Of a stretch of DNA of 64,000 bases, positions 10,543 to 19,042 are shown piece by piece. The translations under genes and the position numbers were made by a program. Positions within the stretch are counted from its first letter, which is position 1; every line of letters begins with the position of its first letter. This stretch comes from Syntrophales bacterium (lineage in GTDB: Bacteria > Desulfobacterota > Syntrophia > Syntrophales > UBA2210), in contig CAXXKT010000001.1 in assembly GCA_963662405.2 (NCBI GenBank), forward strand, positions 1,312,001 through 1,376,000. The letters are read 5' to 3'. The notes beneath the pieces were generated by a model. That model made no database searches and was not told where the DNA came from. It saw only the letters and a list, made by a program, of their open reading frames with translations.

Positions 10543-12353
10543 GGTGTAAATAGTTCCCCGGGCAACCGGGGACACTGCCTGTATTCGCGGGAAAGGAGGC
10601 CTCCTTTTTCTTCCAACAATATTAATAACTTTCCGACTGCAAGGGGCTTGCGCTTTTTCCACTGACCTCGTCTCCGCAGGATAAGAACCGCCGAGATCAG
10701 AAGGATCAGGAACAGGATGATCATTCCCCACTCGTTCAGGGTGGGAATTGACATGGAGAAAGGTGTCAAGGCAATTCCGTCCGGCATAAAGCACCCGGTG
10801 ATCCAGCCCTGGTTCACGCCGGTCCCGTGCAGGGTAGCCCGGCCGATGGTTCCGCCCCAATTTGTCCAGTATACATATCCTGCATTCACGGTAACGCCAG
10901 CCGGTCCCGTGCACCCCGTGATCCAGTCCTGATCGGGGTTGGTTCCGTCGAGGTCTGCACGGCCGATGGTGTCATCATCGAAATTTGTCCAGTACACATG
11001 TCGCGCATCCACGGCGACACCGGCCGGTCCCGTGCACCCCGTGATCCAGTCCTGGTTGGGGTTGGTTCCATCCACGTTGGCCCGGCCGACGGTGTCGCTG
11101 CCGTAATTCGCCCAGTATATATAGTGTGCATCAACGGCGACCCCGTCAGGACCCGTACATCCCGTGATCCAGTCTTGGCTCACGCCGGTCCCGTCCAGAT
11201 TCGCCCGGCCGATGGTGTCGGATACGTTATTGGTCCAGTACACATGGGTGCCATCGACGACGATTCTGTACGGACCACCACACCCCGTGATCCAGTTATA
11301 GTCCACATGAGTCCCGTCCAGATCTGCCCTGCCGATAGTGCCGGGAGCGAAGGGCCAGGGCCCGAAGTTCGTCCAATACACGGAGTTTGCACCCACGGCG
11401 ACCCCGTACAACTCGAAGCATCCTGCCATCCATATCGGATCGGGATTGGAGCCGTCCAGATCTGCCCGACCGATGGAATGGGTGTTGTAATTCGGCCAGT
11501 ACACATAGGTCCCATCCACGGCGATCCCGTACGACTCGTCATACCCCTGGATCCAGCCCTGGTTCACACCGGTGCCATCCAGGTTTGCCCGACCGATCCT
11601 GTCTGATAATACATTGGTCCAGTATACGTACTGTGCATCGACAGCGATCCCCCACGGTCCCGCAAACCCCATAATCCAGTCCTGGTTGACGCCGGTTCCG
11701 TCCAGGTTTGCCCGGCCGATGGTGTCGCCGTCACGATTGGTCCAGTATATGTGGTTCGCATCCGTGGCGACGCCGGCCGGCTCAGCACACCCGGTGATCC
11801 AGTCCTGATTCGGGTTGGTTCCATCCAAAGTGGCCCGGCCGATTGAATCGCTGTCGTAATTCGCCCAGTATACATACTGTGCGTCAACGGCAACCCCGTC
11901 AGGACTCGTACACCCCGTAATCCAGCCCTGGTTCACGCCGGTGCCGTCCCGGTTTGCCCGGCCGATGGTGCCGTCGTCATAATTGGTCCAGTATACATAG
12001 TGCGCATCGACGGTAATCCCGTCCGGACCTTCACACCCCGTGATCCAGTCCTGGTTGACGCCGGAGCCGTCGAGGTTTGCCCGGCCGATGGTATTGTCAT
12101 GATAATTTACCCAGTATATGTAATTGGCATCGACGGCGACCGAAAGAGGTCCTTCGAATCCATGGATCCAGCGCTGATCGGGGTTCGATCCGTCCAGGTC
12201 GGCCCGGGCGACGGCATACATATCAGCACTGAAATCATTGTTTGTCCAATATACATACGCCGAACACATTTGACACAAAGGGTTCGTCAGCAAGATCACC
12301 GTAAAAAAACCTGTCAGGCACCAGATCATGCATCTCTTTGAAATAAAACTCAT
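10539..12353 (-). CDS. Secreted YWTD/LDLR-class-B-like beta-propeller repeat protein with IPTL-CTERM sorting signal
   Basis: N-terminal signal peptide; 12 repeats of ~41 aa (YVYWTN...TIGRANLDGTGVNQDWITGCxGPxGVAVD); C-terminal SIPTLNEWGMIILFLILLISAVLILRRR. Confidence 0.8.
   Translation of the reverse strand: MSFISKRCMIWCLTGFFTVILLTNPLCQMCSAYVYWTNNDFSADMYAVARADLDGSNPDQRWIHGFEGPLSVAVDANYIYWVNYHDNTIGRANLDGSGVNQDWITGCEGPDGITVDAHYVYWTNYDDGTIGRANRDGTGVNQGWITGCTSPDGVAVDAQYVYWANYDSDSIGRATLDGTNPNQDWITGCAEPAGVATDANHIYWTNRDGDTIGRANLDGTGVNQDWIMGFAGPWGIAVDAQYVYWTNVLSDRIGRANLDGTGVNQGWIQGYDESYGIAVDGTYVYWPNYNTHSIGRADLDGSNPDPIWMAGCFELYGVAVGANSVYWTNFGPWPFAPGTIGRADLDGTHVDYNWITGCGGPYRIVVDGTHVYWTNNVSDTIGRANLDGTGVSQDWITGCTGPDGVAVDAHYIYWANYGSDTVGRANVDGTNPNQDWITGCTGPAGVAVDARHVYWTNFDDDTIGRADLDGTNPDQDWITGCTGPAGVTVNAGYVYWTNWGGTIGRATLHGTGVNQGWITGCFMPDGIALTPFSMSIPTLNEWGMIILFLILLISAVLILRRRGQWKKRKPLAVGKLLILLEEKGGLLSREYRQCPRLPGELFTP
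10770..12257 (-). repeat. Intragenic tandem repeat, ~123-bp unit x12
   Basis: Recurrent + strand motifs ccagtatacata / gcccggccgatgg / caccccgtgatccagtcctgg spaced ~123 bp apart. Confidence 0.9.
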
Positions 12354-12517
12354 ATCGAATTCTCCTGCAGATACCTACCACGTTTGTGCATAACAAGAAA
12401 TAACGAACTCAGAAAAACAAGAAACCGGATGATCACCCTCCATTCGTTCAGAATGAAAATCGATGCACTGCGAATGAAGTCTCTTCCCTGGCGGCCAAGC
12501 CGCCGTGTGTTGCCATG

Positions 12518-12856
12518 CTACGATTCCGTAGCCTCGGGGCTACAAGGGGACGGGTCCCTTCTCTGTAACGGATGTTTGACTCGTCCGCGGTGATTTTCGA
12601 TTTTCCCAAGAATTGTCTCTATGTCGAAGGCCGCGCATATCAACTCCACCGAAAAGCCGCTTGCCCGGTTTTCCTGATCGACCACGCAGAAAGGGAGATA
12701 GTCAATCTCGGAGGCGGATGGAATGGAAGATTTGGCGGTTTCCGAAGGGCTTTCCGCCCTGGCGGTGATCCCCGACAGCAGGATGATTACCGTCACGAGT
12801 AACAAGGTCCCAATGAAATTGAGGTATTTTAATCGGGGTTGAAGGCCGGTCTGCAT
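12518..12856 (-). pseudogene. Truncated paralog of the N-terminus (signal peptide + start of SBP_bac_3 domain) of the gene at 13842-17594
   Basis: SASEIDYLPFCVVDQENRASGFSVELICAA vs SASEIDYPPFCVLDADGRAGGFSVELMQAA, then abrupt loss of similarity. Confidence 0.75.
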
Positions 12857-12941
12857 ACCCGCGATTCCTCTTTGCCTCCTTTCAGGGAAAGAAAAAAAGG
12901 AATTGCTCCCGTCCGAACGCCCTTATAACTACAGCAAATTA

Positions 12942-12970
12942 GCAATACAAGTTTTCCATATGACTGTCAA
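12942..12970 (-). promoter_or_regulatory. Putative sigma70 promoter of the truncated SBP paralog (homologous to 17680-17708)
   Basis: Minus strand TTGACA-17-TATTGC; flanks align with the HD-GYP gene promoter. Confidence 0.45.
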
Positions 12971-13115
12971 AGGATATCGTATGAACAGTTTGGCGAGTGG
13001 CGGGTCGGTCTTGTGATGGCGGGTCGGGACAGTACGCTGTGGAAAGCGGGGCAGGGAGGCATTGTTCAATACCGCCCTGTCCCCGGGTCGTGATCTTTGG
13101 CGTAGCGGTTTTTGT

Positions 13116-13613
13116 TCAATCCACGTTGAAGAATGCCTTCTGCTTGGCACCGCAGACGGGACAGGTCTCCGGCGCTTCGTTCTCGTGGGTGTAGCCGCAG
13201 ACCGAACAGACATAATAGCAATCGACTGTGGAAGGTTCGTCGAGGTTGCCCAGCATCTTCTGATACAATCCCGCGTGGACCTCTTCGACCGTATTGGCGT
13301 AGGTAAAGCTCCGCTCCGCTGCCTTGTCCCCCTCGTCTTTGGCTATTTCGATCATAGCGGGATACATTGATTTGAATTCATGGGTTTCACCCGCCACCGC
13401 CTCTTGCAAGTTTTCGCGTGTATTGTGTATACCACTCAGGGCTCTCAGATGCGCGTGGGCGTGCACCGCCTCCGCCTCCGCCGCGGCCCTGAACAGCTTG
13501 GCGGCCTGGGGATACCCCTCCTGATCCGCCTGCTTCGCGAAGGCCAGATACTTTCTGTTCGCCTGGGACTCTCCCGCGAACGCCTCCTGGAGATTCTGCT
13601 CCGTTGTGCTCAT
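13116..13613 (-). CDS. rbr: Rubrerythrin
   Basis: NLQEAFAGESQANRKYLAFA, ExxH di-iron motifs, C-terminal CSVC...CPVC rubredoxin-like domain; start ATG 13613. Confidence 0.92.
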   Translation of the reverse strand: MSTTEQNLQEAFAGESQANRKYLAFAKQADQEGYPQAAKLFRAAAEAEAVHAHAHLRALSGIHNTRENLQEAVAGETHEFKSMYPAMIEIAKDEGDKAAERSFTYANTVEEVHAGLYQKMLGNLDEPSTVDCYYVCSVCGYTHENEAPETCPVCGAKQKAFFNVD

Positions 13614-13770
13614 GGTTTTTCCTTTCGAAGGTTTGTTTGGACGTGCTTGATGATAATCTATGCACGCCTGCGGGAAAAGCAAGGGTTGGATTATCGATAT
13701 TCCGCCCAGGCGCCTTTGAAGCGACGAGCTATAGCTCCCGTCAGGGGGAGTCTTGATGTACAGGCTCGTT

Positions 13771-13798
13771 AGGATTTCTCCCTTCGGTCGAAATGACA
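13771..13798 (-). repeat. Single copy of a short REP-like element (TGTCATTTCGACCGAAGGGAGAAATCCT)
   Basis: Resembles, from recall, a widespread GTCATT(T/C)CGA...GAAATC intergenic repeat family; imperfect internal palindrome; no second copy seen in the window. Confidence 0.4.
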
Positions 13799-13841
13799 AG
13801 CACTGACAGGTATTCAACCCTCTCGGATTTCTATCGACAGA

Positions 13842-16800
13842 TCACGGAAGCTGATACCCTTTTTCACGGAATAGTCTCAGACAGGCATCCGCGACGGCAT
13901 CGTCGTAAAGCGTTCCCTTATTGTCCTCAATCTCCTCGAGGGATGCCTCGATGCCCAAGGCCGCACGATAGGGACGGTGGGAGGCCATGGACTCCACGAC
14001 ATCAGCCACGGCCATGATGCGGGCCTCCATGATAATCTCATCCCCCTTGAGGCCGCGTGGATAGCCGGAGCCGTCCATCCGTTCATGGTGCTGGTAGATG
14101 ATTTCCGCCAGGGGCCAGTCGGTTTCCACATTCTTCAGGATCTCATACCCGCTCCGCGGGTGTTCTTTGATGAGGGCGAATTCGTTAGCTGACAGCTGCG
14201 TCGGCTTGGACAGTATCTCCGCCGGGACGGACAGTTTCCCGATGTCATGGATCGACCCGGCCATCCGGATGGCTTCGACTTTCTCCTCTGGCAGTTCCAT
14301 TTTGGCGGCAATGGCACGGGCAAGGTCCGCGGATCGACTCTGATGCCCGGCCGTATAGGGGTCTCGTATCTCCACGGCGGATACCATGGCCTGAATGGTT
14401 ATGCCGACCGATTCCCTGAGCCTTTCCAGGGTTCGCTGAAGTTGCTCCGCCGCCTGCCTGCGGTCGGTGATGTCCCTGAACACACCGAGAAGCCCGGTCA
14501 ATACGCCCTGGTCATCCCGAATCCCGGTGACGGTCGTTTCCATCCAGCGGGTTGAGCCGTCCTTATGATAATATTCCAACTCAACGGTTTTGGTTCGATC
14601 GGGATCCACCTCACCCCCTTCTTCGCCTGCAAGTTCCTCTGCCAAGAGATTAGACGCATAGGACAACGAATCAGGGGTCATTTGTTCCTCAATTGGCTGG
14701 AGCATTCGTTCTTCCGGGGTGAATCCGAGTACCGTCTGGAGTGAGGGGGTGACGAAGGTCGTCCGCAGGTTCATGTCCGTCATCCAGACGATATCACTCA
14801 TCTTTTCGACAATCATCCGGTAGCGTTCTTCGCTCTCCCGCAGTTCCTCCTCCGCCTGCTTGCGGTCGGTGATGTCCCTGGCGATGCTCAGGATTGCCGG
14901 TTTCCCCTGGTACGTCACAAGACTGGAGTACACCTCGACGGGGAACGTCCTTCCGTCCTTGGTCGTATGTGATGTCTCAAAAATCTGTCGTTGATCCGAC
15001 TGCATCGCGGCAGCAAGCGCTTTAATATCATCCTTTTTGAGTTTCGAATCGATACCGTAAAGCCCGACTTCAAGCAATTCTTCCTTCGAATAGCCCAAAA
15101 GCTCAACGGCAGTATTGTTTACATCGATAAGGATCCCGTCAAAATCGATGACCCACACCGTTTCGTTCATTCCGTCAATTAATTCTCTATATTTTTTTTC
15201 GCTTTCCAGGAGCGCCTCCTCCGCTTTTTTACGGTCGGTGATGTCCTTGGACACGCCGTGAAGTCCGGTCAAAACACCCTGCTCATCCCGAATCCCGCTC
15301 ATGATAGTTTCCATCCAGCGGGTTGAACCGTCCTTGTGATAGTATTCCAAGACGAGAGTCGCGCTCCTGTCGGGATCCGCCTTCTCTTCCTCGAGGGCAA
15401 GCTCCTGTGCCAGGGCATCCAACCCCAAGGACAGGGAGTCAGGGGTCATTTGTTCATCAATGCTCATACGCATCCGTTCTTCCTGGCTGAATCCAAGCAC
15501 CGCCCGTACCGAGGGGGAGACATAGGTCGTCCTCAGGTCCATATCCGCCATCCAAACGATATCCTGCATTCTTTCTGTAAGGAACCGGTATTTCTCTTCG
15601 TTTTCCCTAAGCACCTCTTCGGCGCGTTTCAGCTCGGTAATGTCGCGTGCCGTGGACAGTACGCCGGAAACCGTCCCGGATGTATCCTTGAGAACGCGGG
15701 ACCACCAGGCCAGCAGGCGCTCCTGGCCGTCCTTCCGCCGCTGCCAGCTCTCGATATAGTGCACGTTTTCGTCGCCGTCGAACAGTGGCTGCACCGTGTC
15801 ATACGTGTCCTGCTCACCGACAAAGTAGTACGCGGCTTCCCTGCCGATCACGTCATCTCCGAAGAAATCGAATCCCGCCCGGTTTGCCCACGTGTAGATT
15901 TTGCCGGGATCCACCTCCATGATGATGTCCGGAACCGCGGCGAGGATGGCCCGGTGACGCTGTGAGACGGCGGCCAGTTCCGCCGTCCGGCTCGCCACCT
16001 GCCTCCGCAGTGACCAGGACCACAGGGAAACCGCCAGGAGGATCAGGATGAGCGGGACGAAGACCATTGCAACATAGCGGAGCACGCTGATAAAAGAGAG
16101 CGTATTTCCCCGGTACATGCCCATCCATTTTTCATAGATGCGGCGGTATTCGCCGTTTTCCTCCAGAACCTTCAGTCCTTCGCTGAACTGGGCCAGAAGC
16201 GCCCTGTGATTGTTCAGGACGACATAGCAGTACTCGTTTGAAATGAGAGGCTTTCTTCCCACGACGAGGTTCGTCCATCCCTCTTTCTTGATGCAGTACA
16301 GGGCCGTTATACGGGACACCAGCGCGCAGTCGTGCTTCCCCTCGGCCAGTTCCCGCAGGGCGTCCTCCTCGGTGTCAACGGCTGAGACCTCCTTCCCGAG
16401 GCCGTTTTCCAGCGCGAAATCGTGCATGATGTCGCCCCGCTGAACCACGATGCGCTTGCCCTTCAGCTCGCCGACCGCGGTCGGCGGATCACCCTCGCCT
16501 GTGCGCACGACGCTGACGCAGTGATTCACCGTATGCGCCTGCGTGAAGTCGAATTGCAGGTCGCGCTGCGGGGAATAGAACATGCCCTGAATGGCGTCGA
16601 TCTCGCCCCGCGCCAATGCCTCCCGAACCTCCGCCCAGGGGCCGAGGCGGATCTCGATATCCAGGCCCATTTCACGGGCGATGGCGCGTGTGAGCTCGAC
16701 ATTATAGCCGGCGGGGAGGCCCTTCTCATCCAGATATTCATAGGGCGGGAAGTTGTGGTCCCCGCCGACCACGATCCGCCGCTGAGAGGGCAGCTGCAGG

Positions 16801-17594
16801 GCGGCAAACCACTTGGCGTGCAGATGGCGGTAAGTGCCGTCAGCCATGATCAGGGCCAGGCCCTCGTTCAGGAGGGCCAGCGTTTCCCGGTCGCCCTCCC
16901 TGACGGCGAAGCAGAAGTCCTGCCGGAATCCCTCTATGGACTTGTTGACGATGCGAAGATTGGTCAGCCCGGCTTCCTGGATGAGACGCAGCGCCACGAG
17001 CCGCTGGATGACCACGGCGTCGTAGCGGCCTTCGGAAAGCTCGCGCAGGGCCTCATCGAAGGTGGCCGTCGTGTGAATCCCGATCCCGCGGCTCTCCCGC
17101 CGAAGGAACTCCTCGGCGTTGTCCCCTTTCATGACGGCCACCTGCCGTCCCTCAAGATCGCTCAGGTTCTCGATATCGCGTGTGTCCCTTCTGACGACGA
17201 TGGCGCCGTGGATGGACATGTAGGGAAAGGTGAAATCAAAAAGGGCTTCGCGTTCCGGCGTGCGGCCCACCAGGGGAAGGGCCTGCACCTCGCCCCGCTC
17301 CAGCCAGCCGCGGACCTTGCCCCAGGTTCCGGTGCGGAAGGTGACCTCTCGCCCCATGGCGGCCAGGGCCGCCTGCATCAGTTCCACCGAAAAGCCGCCT
17401 GCGCGGCCGTCCGCGTCGAGGACGCAGAAGGGGGGATAGTCGATCTCGGAGGCGGAACGAATGGGTGCCCTGAAGGTTTGAGCGGCATTGCCCGCCCCGG
17501 CGGGAATACTCAGCGCCAACATCGCGACTATGCTGAACAGCACGACTGTGGCGGTGCCGAGAGGCTTGAATCGGAATTGAGAATCTGTCTTCAT
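13842..17594 (-). CDS. Membrane-bound HD-GYP cyclic-di-GMP phosphodiesterase with two periplasmic SBP_bac_3 domains and four PAS/PAC domains
   Basis: Signal peptide, two DYPPF/NFPPY SBP domains, TM helix, four PAS-PAC ending DITE/DITD, then DPYTAGHQ, HDIGK, HHERMDGSGYP. Confidence 0.9.
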   Translation of the reverse strand: MKTDSQFRFKPLGTATVVLFSIVAMLALSIPAGAGNAAQTFRAPIRSASEIDYPPFCVLDADGRAGGFSVELMQAALAAMGREVTFRTGTWGKVRGWLERGEVQALPLVGRTPEREALFDFTFPYMSIHGAIVVRRDTRDIENLSDLEGRQVAVMKGDNAEEFLRRESRGIGIHTTATFDEALRELSEGRYDAVVIQRLVALRLIQEAGLTNLRIVNKSIEGFRQDFCFAVREGDRETLALLNEGLALIMADGTYRHLHAKWFAALQLPSQRRIVVGGDHNFPPYEYLDEKGLPAGYNVELTRAIAREMGLDIEIRLGPWAEVREALARGEIDAIQGMFYSPQRDLQFDFTQAHTVNHCVSVVRTGEGDPPTAVGELKGKRIVVQRGDIMHDFALENGLGKEVSAVDTEEDALRELAEGKHDCALVSRITALYCIKKEGWTNLVVGRKPLISNEYCYVVLNNHRALLAQFSEGLKVLEENGEYRRIYEKWMGMYRGNTLSFISVLRYVAMVFVPLILILLAVSLWSWSLRRQVASRTAELAAVSQRHRAILAAVPDIIMEVDPGKIYTWANRAGFDFFGDDVIGREAAYYFVGEQDTYDTVQPLFDGDENVHYIESWQRRKDGQERLLAWWSRVLKDTSGTVSGVLSTARDITELKRAEEVLRENEEKYRFLTERMQDIVWMADMDLRTTYVSPSVRAVLGFSQEERMRMSIDEQMTPDSLSLGLDALAQELALEEEKADPDRSATLVLEYYHKDGSTRWMETIMSGIRDEQGVLTGLHGVSKDITDRKKAEEALLESEKKYRELIDGMNETVWVIDFDGILIDVNNTAVELLGYSKEELLEVGLYGIDSKLKKDDIKALAAAMQSDQRQIFETSHTTKDGRTFPVEVYSSLVTYQGKPAILSIARDITDRKQAEEELRESEERYRMIVEKMSDIVWMTDMNLRTTFVTPSLQTVLGFTPEERMLQPIEEQMTPDSLSYASNLLAEELAGEEGGEVDPDRTKTVELEYYHKDGSTRWMETTVTGIRDDQGVLTGLLGVFRDITDRRQAAEQLQRTLERLRESVGITIQAMVSAVEIRDPYTAGHQSRSADLARAIAAKMELPEEKVEAIRMAGSIHDIGKLSVPAEILSKPTQLSANEFALIKEHPRSGYEILKNVETDWPLAEIIYQHHERMDGSGYPRGLKGDEIIMEARIMAVADVVESMASHRPYRAALGIEASLEEIEDNKGTLYDDAVADACLRLFREKGYQLP

Positions 17595-17679
17595 ATCCGT
17601 GGCGCCTCCTTGCTACACTCTCAGGGCAGGGAGTGCTGGAAGTTGCCCCATATGAATACATATAGATAATAACAGCTGG

Positions 17680-17708
17680 ATAATACAGGTTTAGCGCACA
17701 GCTGTCAA
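17680..17708 (-). promoter_or_regulatory. Sigma70-type promoter of the HD-GYP gene
   Basis: Minus strand TTGACA-17 nt-TATTAT. Confidence 0.65.
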
Positions 17709-17830
17709 AATATATCGTACTATCGTTTTAAGTGAATCTGGGGTAGTCCTGTTTCCTGATATACCGTTTCGTGCGGGAAATTGCTTCCCGCCATCGGGTT
17801 CATCTCGGGGACAGTGCATCGCGATAGTGA

Positions 17831-18087
17831 TCAGATGTCATGAATTAACCCGGCCACGCGCATGATTTCCATTCGTTCCTCGCCAAATTCAATCTCTGCC
17901 GCGATGGCACGGGCAAGATGCGCGCCCCGCGTCTGGTGGCCGGCTGTGTAGGGGGCTCTGATCTCCAAGGCGGAAAACAGGGCCTCCCCCCTTAGCCAGG
18001 GTGTCGCGCGCCGGGGCACTGAATTAGGGGTCAGTAGTTCATTGATCGGCTGAAGCATCTGTTCCTCCGGGGGTGAAAATCCGACCT
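17831..18087 (-). pseudogene. Decayed PAS/HD-GYP remnant (paralog of the 3' part of 13842-17594)
   Basis: MLQPINELLTPNS matches PAS4 MLQPIEEQMTPDS, joined to ALEIRAPYTAGHQ...MRVAGLIHDI* matching the HD-GYP N-half; stops right after HD. Confidence 0.75.
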
Positions 18088-18275
18088 ACATACAGTGTTA
18101 TCCGTTGTTGTCGAAGCGAAGTTCTGATTGCGTATGCCTTCAACGTATCAACAGAATCTCAGGAGAAAAATGATTATTCCTGGTTCACGGGCTCGCCATA
18201 ATATCCCTTGACATGTTATGCGGATAAAGTTAGTGATTTCACTTGATCTCATCATCTATGCTCAGGAAGGCGAAC

Positions 18276-18920
18276 ATGAAGAAACTCTATGCCGGTGTGG
18301 CGCTCGTATTTTTTGTTCTTTCTTTCAGCTCTTATGCAATAGGCCAGCAACGCACAACCCCGGCATCCGCCGATACCAGCCCGCATGTGGTCTCTGCCGA
18401 TCAGGGCGAAAAAGGTGCCACAACTGAGAGCCAGGGAGACGGGGAAGCTGAACGCGCCCAGGGTGATAAGCATTACTATGGCCGAGAGGCTACCCAATCA
18501 TTCGAAGAGGCAGGTAAATGGTACCGCAAAGGGGCCGCGCGGGGGAATGCCGGAGCCCAGAGTATGCTGGGGTTTATGTATTATTATGGTCAGGGTGTCC
18601 CCCAGGACTACGCAGAAGCAGTCACATGGCACCGGAAAGCAGCCGAACAGGGGAATGCCGCCTCGCAGGGTATGTTGGGATTGTCATATTATTTCGGCGA
18701 AGGTATCACTCAAGATTATAAAAGAGCCGCGGAGTGGTTTCACAATGCTGCCAAACAGGACGATGTCCTCTCACTGGGTATGCTGGGGATCTTATATGAA
18801 AAAGGACGGGGTGTCCCCCAAGACTACGGGAAGGCGGCAGAATGGTACCGAAAGGCGATAGGAAAAGGAGACACTACCTTCCAAGTCTTTCTGGACAGGG
18901 TGTTGGAGAAGATCAACTAG
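18276..18920 (+). CDS. Sel1-like repeat (SLR/TPR) exported protein
   Basis: Signal peptide; repeats AQSMLGFMYYYGQGVPQDYAEAVTWHRKAAEQG. Confidence 0.9.
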   Translation: MKKLYAGVALVFFVLSFSSYAIGQQRTTPASADTSPHVVSADQGEKGATTESQGDGEAERAQGDKHYYGREATQSFEEAGKWYRKGAARGNAGAQSMLGFMYYYGQGVPQDYAEAVTWHRKAAEQGNAASQGMLGLSYYFGEGITQDYKRAAEWFHNAAKQDDVLSLGMLGILYEKGRGVPQDYGKAAEWYRKAIGKGDTTFQVFLDRVLEKIN

Positions 18921-19042
18921 TGCAATATTGAGGGGAGTGAATTTCCCTCCCGGAGGTTGCACCGCAGGGGAGGTGTCCGAAACGGCGCTCTCTCGATGAG
19001 TGATTCCCCGTTGTAATATACTCGAACGAACAAATTCTTCCC

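Noticed and set aside
10770..12257. Regular DNA repeats as a possible CRISPR array or DGR template/variable repeats
   Set aside because: Repeats are in-frame ~123-bp coding units without unique spacers; no cas or reverse transcriptase gene in the window.
16422..17669. 415-aa + strand ORF
   Set aside because: Antisense shadow of the GC-rich HD-GYP gene; no recognisable motifs.
18921..19042. Possible structured ncRNA between the convergent Sel1 and GlcD genes
   Set aside because: Only imperfect G-U-rich stems, no recognisable family or promoter; could be ordinary terminator-region structure.
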